This document shows, in pieces, positions 18,101 through 26,348 of a stretch of DNA of 64,000 nucleotides (its first letter is position 1; each line of letters opens with the position of its first letter). The notes under the pieces are model-generated. The model saw nothing but the letters and a program-made list of their open reading frames with translations, was not told the origin of the DNA and searched no databases. The position numbers and the translations under genes were made by a program. The DNA is from a virus (Duplodnaviria; Caudoviricetes): the IMG/VR virus record IMGVR_UViG_3300033180_000001, positions 2,124 to 66,123 of that record; one strand, 5' to 3'.

Positions 18101-21100
18101 CCACTGGTCGAAATCGACTTCGGGGTAACCCTTCTCCCACAGCGCGCGATCAGCCTTGCCATCCATGTCGATGGCGTTCTTGATCGAAAGGTAGGCGGGG
18201 TAAACCGTGGCTGACGCACCCTTTCCTTTGGACGTGTATTCGCTGGCGATGCTGGGGTCCGCAGTGAAGTAGCTGCCCTGACCGAACAAGCCGTAATTGC
18301 TGGCGTAGGCGTCGAAGTGATGGATGTCGCCGGCACTGGTGCCGTGATAGACGACCAGCGGCGTGCCCTTGCTATCGACCACCTTGGAGTCGCCGAACCA
18401 CTTCTTGAAGGCAGCGCTGTCGGTCTGCACCGGTTCGGCTTGGCTCAAATTCGCCTCGGCCGCCGTCACCACTGCCGCTGCCGCAGTCTTCGGGCTCGCC
18501 GCAAACTGGCTCATGGCCTCGACCACCGCATCGCGCGCGGCCTGTACGTCGTTCAGGTACTTGCCGGTGCCGTACGGGCGCTCGTTGCGCAGCTTGGCCA
18601 GCAGGTCGTCGAAGAAGTCCTTGATCACGCGCAGCACGCGGCCGAACAGGCTGGGCTGGCCCTTGGCCATCTGCTTCCAGAACTGGGGGTCCGTGAAGTT
18701 GTCGCCCACGATGTCGGCGATCAACTCCTCGCGCAGCTTGTCAAAGTTGAGTGGATCCAGACCTCGTGCGGCACGCCGCGCATTCAACTGCTCGCCATAG
18801 CGTCCTGGCTCCTCCAGCATGCCGCGCAGTCGATCGCTCAGCTTGTCGTACAGCTTGGGGTCGTCGGCGCGCATCGCGTGCGTCAGTTCGTGGCCCAGCA
18901 CCGCCTGGATCGGCCGCGTGGTGTTCTCGCTCACGAAGATCATGCCGGGCAGGTAGTCGGCCTGCAGCCCGTTGGCGAACTGCATGTTGGCGTTGAAGAA
19001 CACCACGCGCTTGCCGAACAGCTTCTCGGCCAGGTCGGCCGCAGCGTAGCGCTGGCGCTCGGCCTCGGTGGCCTTGTTGCCTGGCTTGGCCATGCGCGGC
19101 ATCGCGGTCAGCTTCAGGCCCTTGAAGGCGTCGACCTTGCCGCGGAACGATGCTTCGATCTTGGCCAGCGCGTCGACGTCCTGCTGTGCCGGTGCGCCTT
19201 CGGTGACTTCGGGACGCTCCAGCTGCTGGGTGTCCTGGAAGTCGGGGTTCTCGCTCAAGCGGATGTCGCCCTTGGTGGCGTCGAACGTGCCCTTGTTGCC
19301 GATCGCGGACTTGATCTGCGTGGGCTCGAAGGCGATGTAGTGCACGGTGCCGCGCTTCATCCCCTTCATCTTCACGCCGGTGCCGCGCTCGCTGCCAAAC
19401 TTCTCGTTGACGGTGCTGTCGATGATGCCGTCGAAGCCGGCTTCCTCGAAGGCCTGGCGCAGTATTTCGGTGCTGGCCATCGTGCCATTCTCGTCAGTCG
19501 CGTGCATCAACCCCTCGGAAGCCTTGGCCTTCTCGATGAACTTGGATGCAGGCATGCCGTCGAGGACATCGTCGCCGATCGACTCCATCAGCTTGCCGTA
19601 GTTGAAGTCCTCGAATTGGCTCTCCAGGCCCTGGAGCGCCATCAGCACATCGACCAGCGTGCCGTGTTCCTCGCCATATTCGTCGGTCTCCTCGTCGAAT
19701 GGCGTTTCGTAGGTCAGGTGAGTCTCGTCCTTGCCGCCGACGCGCAGCGGGTTCTCGATCTTCAGGTAGACCGGCATGGTCGCGCCTGCATGCTCGCTGA
19801 ACTCCTTGCGAGCCAGTTCGCGCGCGCGCTCCATCGTCGCGTCCTCGGCGCCGTCGTCCTCCATCTCCTGCTGAATGCGCTCGGCGCGCAGCTCGATCTT
19901 CTGGGTCAGGTCCGGTCCCTCGCCGGCATAGTTGGCAGCGACGTCGGCGGGCGTGTTCGTGAAGTAGAACCCGGCGCCCATGTCGGCCTCGATGTTGCCC
20001 TTGGCGCGATCGAACGTGTGGAAGTCGGCCGTGGTGCCGTGGTAGAGCACCAGCGGCTTGCCTTTCGCGTCGACCACCTTGCTGTCGCCGAACCATTTCT
20101 TGAAGTCCGCGGTATCGGTCGGGCCTGCCAGGTCGAACATCACGCCCTGATCGGGGTTCTGGTCGGCCTTGCGATCAGATCCAGTCAGCGTAAATTCTTC
20201 ACGCTGCTTGTCGGCCTCGGCCTTGTCGGCCAGGCGCTTCTGTTCGGCCTTGTCGGCGGCCAGCGCAGCGGCGTCGCGCGCCGCCTTGGCCTTCAGCTCT
20301 CCGGTGTCGTGGCTGGTGAGCTCGAGGTCAGGTCGATCGGCTGTCCGTCCGGCGTCTTGTCCACCCGCCGCGCGTTGGTCGCCAGCAGCTTGCTGGCCAC
20401 CCGCATCACCCGGTCGCGATTGGGCCCCGGCAGGTTGCCCAATCTCGCCGCGGTGGGCAAGGAGAGCAGTGCGGACCGCTGACTGGACGGCTTGAAGGTA
20501 GGCATGGTCGGATTCTCCCTCAGTCTGGCGCACTGCGCCATCCTTGAGCGCTTCGGTGTCGATGCCGACCGCATCGGCCTCCTGCACCAACGCCTCGACG
20601 GTGGCGCGCTCGTCGGCGTTCAGGTCGTTGTAGCCGCTGGCGTCCAGGTCGTCGGGTTCGAACATGAACGAGTCCCACGGCTCGGCGGTGCCCTCCTGCC
20701 GCGCGCGCGCCGCGGCGTCGATCGCATCGGCGTTGCCGACCTGCAGCGTGCTGCCGGGCTTGGCCAGCTCGGCCTGCACGATCTTGCCGGCCTGCTGCGC
20801 GGCGCCCACGCCGTCGGCTTCCACGGTACCGGCGGTCAGGTAGCCGGCCTCCTCCAGCGCGCGCGCGACCTCGGCCAGGTCGGTGGTGCCGCCGGCGCGG
20901 AACAGTGGGCCCACGCCGGTCGCCGGCGGGTTGTCCCACACGATGTAGCTGGTGGTCTTGCCCAGCTTGCTGGTGCGCGTGCGGGTCACCTTCTGGCTCA
21001 GGTCTGGCAGCAGTTCAGGCGACAGGCCGCCGAGCTCGTTGCTGATCGTGCCCAGCACCAGCGAGCCGCGCAGCGCCGTGGGCGCCTTGCGCTGCTTCTG

Positions 21101-21346
21101 CGGCGTGGCGGGTAGCGCCGGCCGGTCGCTCTTGAACAAGTCTTGGTGCTGGTCGCGCAGATGGCCGACCATCTCCGTGCGGTCAGCCTTGATGCTGGCC
21201 ATCAGGTCATCGATCGCTGCGGTCTCGGCCGCAGTAGTGTCCATGCCGGCCCGCTGGTAGTGCTCTATCGATGCGGTGATGGCGTCCAAGTCTTGCGCGT
21301 TCAGGTCTTTGGCTGCTTTGACGCAGAACGAAAGTTTCATGGACAC
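15149..21346 (-). CDS. giant polyvalent internal virion/ejection protein: 2x ADP-ribosyltransferase-like (ART-PolyVal), zincin peptidase, LPD38
   Basis: two FKKWFGDSKVVD.KG.PLV.YHGT...G.YFT...PVYL.I.N domains; LGHELTH; C-terminal PFFNARVQG...LPDWDKETYW...PKPFELG. Confidence 0.85.
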   Translation of the reverse strand: MSMKLSFCVKAAKDLNAQDLDAITASIEHYQRAGMDTTAAETAAIDDLMASIKADRTEMVGHLRDQHQDLFKSDRPALPATPQKQRKAPTALRGSLVLGTISNELGGLSPELLPDLSQKVTRTRTSKLGKTTSYIVWDNPPATGVGPLFRAGGTTDLAEVARALEEAGYLTAGTVEADGVGAAQQAGKIVQAELAKPGSTLQVGNADAIDAAARARQEGTAEPWDSFMFEPDDLDASGYNDLNADERATVEALVQEADAVGIDTEALKDGAVRQTEGESDHAYLQAVQSAVRTALLAHRGEIGQPAGAQSRPGDAGGQQAAGDQRAAGGQDAGRTADRPDLELTSHDTGELKAKAARDAAALAADKAEQKRLADKAEADKQREEFTLTGSDRKADQNPDQGVMFDLAGPTDTADFKKWFGDSKVVDAKGKPLVLYHGTTADFHTFDRAKGNIEADMGAGFYFTNTPADVAANYAGEGPDLTQKIELRAERIQQEMEDDGAEDATMERARELARKEFSEHAGATMPVYLKIENPLRVGGKDETHLTYETPFDEETDEYGEEHGTLVDVLMALQGLESQFEDFNYGKLMESIGDDVLDGMPASKFIEKAKASEGLMHATDENGTMASTEILRQAFEEAGFDGIIDSTVNEKFGSERGTGVKMKGMKRGTVHYIAFEPTQIKSAIGNKGTFDATKGDIRLSENPDFQDTQQLERPEVTEGAPAQQDVDALAKIEASFRGKVDAFKGLKLTAMPRMAKPGNKATEAERQRYAAADLAEKLFGKRVVFFNANMQFANGLQADYLPGMIFVSENTTRPIQAVLGHELTHAMRADDPKLYDKLSDRLRGMLEEPGRYGEQLNARRAARGLDPLNFDKLREELIADIVGDNFTDPQFWKQMAKGQPSLFGRVLRVIKDFFDDLLAKLRNERPYGTGKYLNDVQAARDAVVEAMSQFAASPKTAAAAVVTAAEANLSQAEPVQTDSAAFKKWFGDSKVVDSKGTPLVVYHGTSAGDIHHFDAYASNYGLFGQGSYFTADPSIASEYTSKGKGASATVYPAYLSIKNAIDMDGKADRALWEKGYPEVDFDQWTPDGDTNEAFYRAVEDELSNQGVPKWEGAEMMQDGLRNMGFDGITHMGGGRVRNADTATRHRVFIVFDPEQVKSSIGNNGEFDASKPEINMSLPDYTHEEREALERAGINTRSRFQRAGDRIHQGYEKAVDALRGNWARQFQQGALDQFHGIDQAVRREIGALPTDQDPYVAARLANGGTSSVMRGLMLHGQAKWAANGQHLEKIAGSEGLLDILKPLDKDLNSFFGWMIGNRAARLMREGRENNFTPEQIKALQGLNKGKEDAFRKAALGYAAFKRSVLDVAEQAGLLDPESRKVWDNADYIPFYREIDDKAVFGATGKKGLSGQSSGIRTLKGGEAALNDPMENILMNFSRLIDASLKNRALSKTIDTLTAAKSDVVQKVGYEMSKQLVPADQVRKQLAEAGTPQQVLDIIPPEAFEGMAKMWSIQAPTDPTVVRIMVGGKPQFYKVNDPLLLKALTSFVPFDFPGLGVARAFKRVLTGMVTATPEFMARNFIRDTAATAIITRHGFNPAKSLSGIVKSYREAGAYEDMLFAGASFQTGDINASDPTATGKAMRRALRSKGFDASSAGAFVGSIIDTPAKFWDKYRHVGEAIENSNREAVYEATTKAGRGATAAAFEAKDMMDFTLRGSSPMYQLLADVLPFFNARVQGLYRLGRADPKRVAMYGTLMMLASLALAYANGDNDDYDKLPDWDKETYWHFWIKGEHFRMPKPFELGAVFASVPERIMRYIRGQDTGKKTLGRVWAILRDQLAFDPAPQMIRPALNAWANKDTFRDRPLENQGDEGKLPSQRYSKVTSPTAVAATKAIAPIADEIGLSPKKLEYLVGGYLGTAGLYALGLSDFAIRALDKQAPPRPETRLDQVPLIGSFYRQEPAFSTVYETDLYKMRAEVEQVYKSVRALQKDDKAAEADALIAKNEKLLEARKALEHGGKALGSLNKARDAIYADKEMTPKQKRAALEDLLRQRADVSKQVMKSEGVVNAQ

Positions 21347-21374
21347 GATCTGGTCTCCTAGTTGTGCACTACGT

Positions 21375-22706
21375 TCACGAAGCGGTCGCCCGCATCGTCA
21401 CGACGGCGGTGCCGGTCTGTGCTGCCAGCGCTGTGATCCGCACGCCGATCACGGAGGACACATTGCTGCATTGGAAGATGCTTTGCAGCGCCGAGGTGAT
21501 CGACGCTAGTGCGGTGCCTGTGTTCACGTTGAACAATGGTGTGCCACCGACCGTGATCCAGTTGACATTGTCGACCGTAATTTGCAGCGACAGCGCGCCG
21601 GTGTAGGTGCCGGTGACTTGGACCATCAGATTCGCCAGCCCATTGGTCGCCAGCGATACCGCAGAGCCAGCCGTCGCAACACCCCCCGGCACCAGGTTCT
21701 GTGTCGTGATGCTACCGGTGGCCGTCAGTTCCGGTGTCATCGTGGCCGATCGGCCGAGAGCATCGACCGTCTGCAACCGCCACGGGTAGACCGGATCAGC
21801 CTGGGTGAAGTTTGAACCGCCGATGGCACCCAGCAGCATGCCGCTTACCGTGTAGGTAGTCGCTAGCACTGTGCTCACTGCGGGCGTCGAGATCGACGCA
21901 ATGCGAATCGGGAGTGCAGCGACGTTCGGCTGGTAGGACGCAACGCCAACCGGAATGTCCATTCCAGTGATCGCGCTGGCCATGAAGAAGTACACGAGAC
22001 CCGAGTAGTACTGCATCGTGACGATGGCAGTGCCAGAGGCTGGCCACGTCAAGGGTTGACCGTAGTTGCTCATCGTCATGTTCGCGGCCCACGAACCAGG
22101 TGCAGTGATGAGTGCTGGATTCGTCGAATTGACGACATACCGAACTCCAGCAATGTAGACGCACGCACACAGCGCGCCGGTGACATCCACTTCCCACTGA
22201 TGCCCGTCCGTTGTCGGATTGCCCGCAGTGAAACCGGTCACGACACTGGCACCGAATATTCGAACCACATTCGGGTTCGCCTGTTGTGCGCCGAGGGTCA
22301 TCTGACCCGCCAGCACATACGGCGCGCCTTGTGGGGTGAACGACGGAACGCTGATCATCGACGACGAGACCGAGTTCGCCGCCGTCAGGCTCAACAAGAC
22401 GGACGTGCCAGACGCGGCTGGGGGCGTGGTACCGCTCAACGTCCATTTGTTGAGGTCGAGGGTAGTGTCGAATGAATCGTTGAACAGTGTTACGAGGCCG
22501 CCCGACGTACTCAAGGAACCGAACACATTCGCCTTCGCAATGATGCCGACTGCTGCCTGCGCGGCACTGGCCAACGTGGTGGCCCCGCCCGAGACTGCCG
22601 TGAAGTTCACTCCGTCAGTCGTTGAATAGGGGCTGCTGTTGTCCGACATCTTGAACCAAAAACCAGACTGGAGCCTTTGGTAGCCATTTGAAGTCACTGC
22701 ACCCAT
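21375..22706 (-). CDS. tail fibre/spike-like virion protein
   Basis: T/S/G/A-rich beta protein with lectin-like core; AGGAAGGA RBS. Confidence 0.65.
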   Translation of the reverse strand: MGAVTSNGYQRLQSGFWFKMSDNSSPYSTTDGVNFTAVSGGATTLASAAQAAVGIIAKANVFGSLSTSGGLVTLFNDSFDTTLDLNKWTLSGTTPPAASGTSVLLSLTAANSVSSSMISVPSFTPQGAPYVLAGQMTLGAQQANPNVVRIFGASVVTGFTAGNPTTDGHQWEVDVTGALCACVYIAGVRYVVNSTNPALITAPGSWAANMTMSNYGQPLTWPASGTAIVTMQYYSGLVYFFMASAITGMDIPVGVASYQPNVAALPIRIASISTPAVSTVLATTYTVSGMLLGAIGGSNFTQADPVYPWRLQTVDALGRSATMTPELTATGSITTQNLVPGGVATAGSAVSLATNGLANLMVQVTGTYTGALSLQITVDNVNWITVGGTPLFNVNTGTALASITSALQSIFQCSNVSSVIGVRITALAAQTGTAVVTMRATAS

Positions 22707-22812
22707 GATAGTTTTCCTTCCCTGGTTGAGATAAAGAGGCCGCCGAAGCGGTTCTCTATCATCGCGCCGACATGAGCCCACCGCCAAATTGTTTGTGGGA
22801 TGTTCACGTCGG

Positions 22813-25044
22813 TCACTTCGGTCCTTTCAGACCGCGCACAGTCGCCGCGGCCAAGCTCATGATGAACGCGTTGTTCTGCGCGATACGGGCACGCTTGCGG
22901 TCGGCACTGAGCTGCAGAATGTGGCGTTGCTCGGCGTCATGGTCGATATCGTCACCATTGCCGCTTGCACCGCCGCCGCCAGTCCCTGCCGCAGCAAGCG
23001 CTGCAGCCAGCAATGCTTCGAGCTCGGCAATGCGCGCCATGGCTGCTGCGAGCTGCGCAGGGCACGTGTCGACTGGCAATGCGCCGGCATCGGGCTGGGT
23101 GATTTCAAGCCACTGGGCATCGTCATCGGTGTCGTCAGCGTTGAAGTCCCACGCTTCGGCATAGGTCGGGCCCGGCAACTGAACGAAGTCGACTAGCGGA
23201 AAGTCGATCAGTTGCCACCACGTGTCGTCGTCAGCTGGCTCCTCGTCCCAGTTCCAAGCGTCGGGCGCGGCCAGTGGCGGCTCATCAGGACCAACGAGTG
23301 CGAACGGTTCGATCAGCTCGTCACCGACATCCTCGGCAAAGTCCGGCTCATCTTGCAGGACGACATCGATCTGCGGTGTGAAGTCGACCAACTGCACCGG
23401 CAGCTCAAGCCACCACGAATCGTCATCGACGTGGTCGCTTTCCCAGTTCCATCCATCTGGCAACGGCAGGGGTGGCGCGTCGGCTCCGACAGGCGCTGAA
23501 TCCTCCAGCAGTTCATCGGTCAGGTCGTCATCGGCCCACTGGTCGCCAGGTGGCTGATCGACCAGCACGAGGTCGGCGCCTACGGGGCTGGACTCATCGA
23601 TCAGGTCGTGGTCGGCGTCTTGCGCAAGATCTGGCTCGTCCTGCAGAACGATATCGACAGACGCAGCTTGATCGACCTGCAGCGTGGGCCACTCAGCCCA
23701 CCATGCGTCGTCGTCGGCCACGTCATCGAACGGCCACGCGTCATCAAGCAGGCCATCGTCGATAGCGACAGGGGCCGATTCATCGGCCAGCTCGTCAGTG
23801 ATCAGATCATCCCATACCCACTCGTCAGATGGTGGCTGGTCAGCGATCGTCAGAGCGTTGTCGGAGAGGAAGGCTCCATCAGTCCACCAGAGCTCGTCGT
23901 CGACCTCATCGGTCTGCGGTTGCTCTTGGTCTTGGAATGTCGCAGGCGCGGGTGCATCGGCACCGACCGGCGGCAGGTCGAACTCAAGCAAGGCATCGCC
24001 GGTCGGATCATCGAATAGCGGCCACGGCCATGCGTCATCAGGAATGGCGGGCGGCGCATCCGGTCCAACAGGCAGCGTGTCGAGCGTCAGCAAGTCCTCG
24101 CTGTTCGCGTCGTCCCACAACTGCCAAATCCACGTATCTTCAGGCGCCCCTGGTGGTGCATTGGCTTGCACTGGCCCACTGGCCGATTCGATCAAATCCG
24201 TTGTCGGGTCTTCATAGGCCTGGTCGGAAGTGAAGTCGTCGACGTCTTGCGCGGGTTGTGGTGGCGCAATGGCGACCGGTTCCTGATACTGCGCAGTGAC
24301 CTCAATCTCCATCGTCCCATCGAACGAGCCAGCACCTTCATCGCCCCAGTCCCACGCATCCTCTACAAGTTGGTCTGGCGGTGCGGCGCCGGCCGGTATT
24401 GACAGCAGAAACGCGCCCCACCCAGTGGTGCCACCGAGGAATACAAACGTTGCATCCTTGTTTCCAGTAGCGCCAGCAGAAACGTTGTCGAGGGTCGCGA
24501 CTCCGAATGAGGCAAAGCCTCCATCACCACCCACACCAGATGCGCGGGAAGTCATCCCGATAGGTGCAGCGAAGACCCAAGGATCGTCGGAATTCTGATC
24601 GGTGAAATAGAGGCCGACCAGATCAGCGTTTGCCGGGGCCGTCAGGCCAGGTGCAGATACCGTGGCTGGATTGGCAGTGCCAGAAGCGTCGAAACCAAAA
24701 TTCGTCTGAATGTTTGCAAGCGTCGTATCCCGTCCGCTAAAGCAAAGCATGACGGCCCAGCCGCCATTGAACCCAGTGGTTACGTTGAATTGATGGGTAG
24801 AAGGCTCACTGGCACCAGCCACACGGGCAAACCACTGGAACGATTGGCCATCGAATAGGCATTGCTCCTTTGTGCTGACTCTGGGCCAATTTCCTGGAAC
24901 ATTGGCTGCGATGCTGGAAGACGTTTGATCAACCGAAAACCCAGCAATCAGAATGTCGCCAGGCGCGCACGTAGGCGTAGCCAACAGAACGGTTGAACCG
25001 CTGACGGCTATTGACCAAGGTGCCCCGACTGACTTGTAGGCCAT
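22813..25044 (-). CDS. virion fibre-like protein: N-terminal beta domain plus acidic Trp repeats and C-terminal coil
   Basis: 743 aa; repeated DAWxWDD...PVGxDAPP units. Confidence 0.75.
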   Translation of the reverse strand: MAYKSVGAPWSIAVSGSTVLLATPTCAPGDILIAGFSVDQTSSSIAANVPGNWPRVSTKEQCLFDGQSFQWFARVAGASEPSTHQFNVTTGFNGGWAVMLCFSGRDTTLANIQTNFGFDASGTANPATVSAPGLTAPANADLVGLYFTDQNSDDPWVFAAPIGMTSRASGVGGDGGFASFGVATLDNVSAGATGNKDATFVFLGGTTGWGAFLLSIPAGAAPPDQLVEDAWDWGDEGAGSFDGTMEIEVTAQYQEPVAIAPPQPAQDVDDFTSDQAYEDPTTDLIESASGPVQANAPPGAPEDTWIWQLWDDANSEDLLTLDTLPVGPDAPPAIPDDAWPWPLFDDPTGDALLEFDLPPVGADAPAPATFQDQEQPQTDEVDDELWWTDGAFLSDNALTIADQPPSDEWVWDDLITDELADESAPVAIDDGLLDDAWPFDDVADDDAWWAEWPTLQVDQAASVDIVLQDEPDLAQDADHDLIDESSPVGADLVLVDQPPGDQWADDDLTDELLEDSAPVGADAPPLPLPDGWNWESDHVDDDSWWLELPVQLVDFTPQIDVVLQDEPDFAEDVGDELIEPFALVGPDEPPLAAPDAWNWDEEPADDDTWWQLIDFPLVDFVQLPGPTYAEAWDFNADDTDDDAQWLEITQPDAGALPVDTCPAQLAAAMARIAELEALLAAALAAAGTGGGGASGNGDDIDHDAEQRHILQLSADRKRARIAQNNAFIMSLAAATVRGLKGPK
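23070..24380 (-). repeat. degenerate ~30-aa acidic Trp repeat array (coding)
   Basis: DAWDW, DTWIW, DAWPW, DEWVW, DAWPF, DGWNW, DAWNW, EAWDF plus recurring (E/D)SxPVGAD. Confidence 0.7.
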
Positions 25045-25058
25045 CTGCGAAGCTCATG

Positions 25059-25085
25059 AAAAACGAGCCGCGCAAGGCGGCCCGT
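25059..25085 (-). terminator. intrinsic terminator after the 152-aa structural gene
   Basis: ACGGGCCGC/GCGGCTCGT stem followed by a T-run on - strand. Confidence 0.65.
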
Positions 25086-25105
25086 TCGTTGTCCGCAAGG
25101 ACGGC

Positions 25106-25564
25106 TTAGATCGCTGCGACCTGCAGGCGGCCCGTGACCACGTTGGTACCGCTGATCGTGAAGATCCCCAGCGAGGCCGCCGCCACGTTGCCGGCCGGCA
25201 CGCTGATGGCGTTGTTCAGGTTGGGGTTGGCACGCCAGAAGTAGCGTTGCCCGTTGCCGTTGATCGCGACGTTTTGCACCAAGGCACCCTTGACCGGTTG
25301 GGTGGTGTAGCTGGCGAAGGCCGTGCCAGACCATGCGGTGTAACCCGCATTGGTCGGGACTGCGGTGACCGCACCAGCACCCGTGACACCAGCCGTGCCG
25401 ATTCGATAGATGCCGAACTCGTTGGCGGCCGAGGTGGTGCCCATGCCCTCGGCATCGATTTCGGTCACCAGACCGGCCTGGACCGATCCGTTGATCATCG
25501 TGAACAGCGCAACGAGGGCGGTCGCTTCGAGCGTGCCAGAGAAGCGCAGGTTGTAGGTTTGCAT
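25106..25564 (-). CDS. small beta-rich structural protein (probable high-copy fibre/decoration subunit)
   Basis: AGGAG RBS, optimal codons, own terminator. Confidence 0.7.
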   Translation of the reverse strand: MQTYNLRFSGTLEATALVALFTMINGSVQAGLVTEIDAEGMGTTSAANEFGIYRIGTAGVTGAGAVTAVPTNAGYTAWSGTAFASYTTQPVKGALVQNVAINGNGQRYFWRANPNLNNAISVPAGNVAAASLGIFTISGTNVVTGRLQVAAI

Positions 25565-25614
25565 GGTGAAGAACTCCTAGGTTGACCCGGACTGAGCCGG
25601 TGGGATGAAAGCGC

Positions 25615-25953
25615 TCAGTGCGCGGGGACGGGACTCGTGGAAATCTGGGGGACGTGCAGGAAGAAGTCGCGCTTGCTCGCGCGCTCGACGAACTCGAGGT
25701 GAAACACGCCGCTGCCGGTCGGGATCACCTCGGCGTAATACTCGATCGCATCGCCATCGTCGGAGTTGAACAGGCCGGCGATGGGCGCGTAGTCCATGGT
25801 CTCGGCCACCGCACGGCGGTCGCCCAGATCGGGATCGATCTTCGAGACCACGCGGCACTTCGGCTCGACGCCCTCGGGCAGTTTGGTGACATCGGGACGG
25901 ATGATCATGACGATGCCGCACCACTTCGCGAGCGGGTTGCGCTGCAGGTTCAT
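25615..25953 (-). CDS. hypothetical protein
   Basis: ATGA overlap. Confidence 0.65.
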   Translation of the reverse strand: MNLQRNPLAKWCGIVMIIRPDVTKLPEGVEPKCRVVSKIDPDLGDRRAVAETMDYAPIAGLFNSDDGDAIEYYAEVIPTGSGVFHLEFVERASKRDFFLHVPQISTSPVPAH

Positions 25954-26348
25954 TGAAGCCTTTCGTACTGCACTCCGACGAAGGTGATCAGACCGTCGTC
26001 GTTGTACTTCGGGGTGAAGCCGACCGCGCACATGCCGTACTCCTTGCCATCGTCAGCATCGGGCTCGGGTTCGGGCTTGCTGACCATGCTGGCGATGAGT
26101 TGCAGCTGCGCGGTGAATCGAGCATCCTGCTCGGCCAGCAGTCGCTCGACCTCGGCCCGCGTGAAGCTCTCGACCGCTGGCGGTGCCACAGGCACGGGCA
26201 CGACTGGAGCGCGCGGCGTCGGCGCGGCGGTGATGGCCTTGGGCTCGATCTGTGCACGCGCCGAATTGAAGACCTTGCCGTCAATGGAAACTTCGGCCCC
26301 CGTGCGCAGCGCGTGGGCTCTCAGTTCGTCGGCGGTCATTTTCATCAC
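25950..26348 (-). CDS. hypothetical virion-region protein
   Basis: overlap coupling both ends. Confidence 0.65.
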   Translation of the reverse strand: MMKMTADELRAHALRTGAEVSIDGKVFNSARAQIEPKAITAAPTPRAPVVPVPVAPPAVESFTRAEVERLLAEQDARFTAQLQLIASMVSKPEPEPDADDGKEYGMCAVGFTPKYNDDGLITFVGVQYERLQ

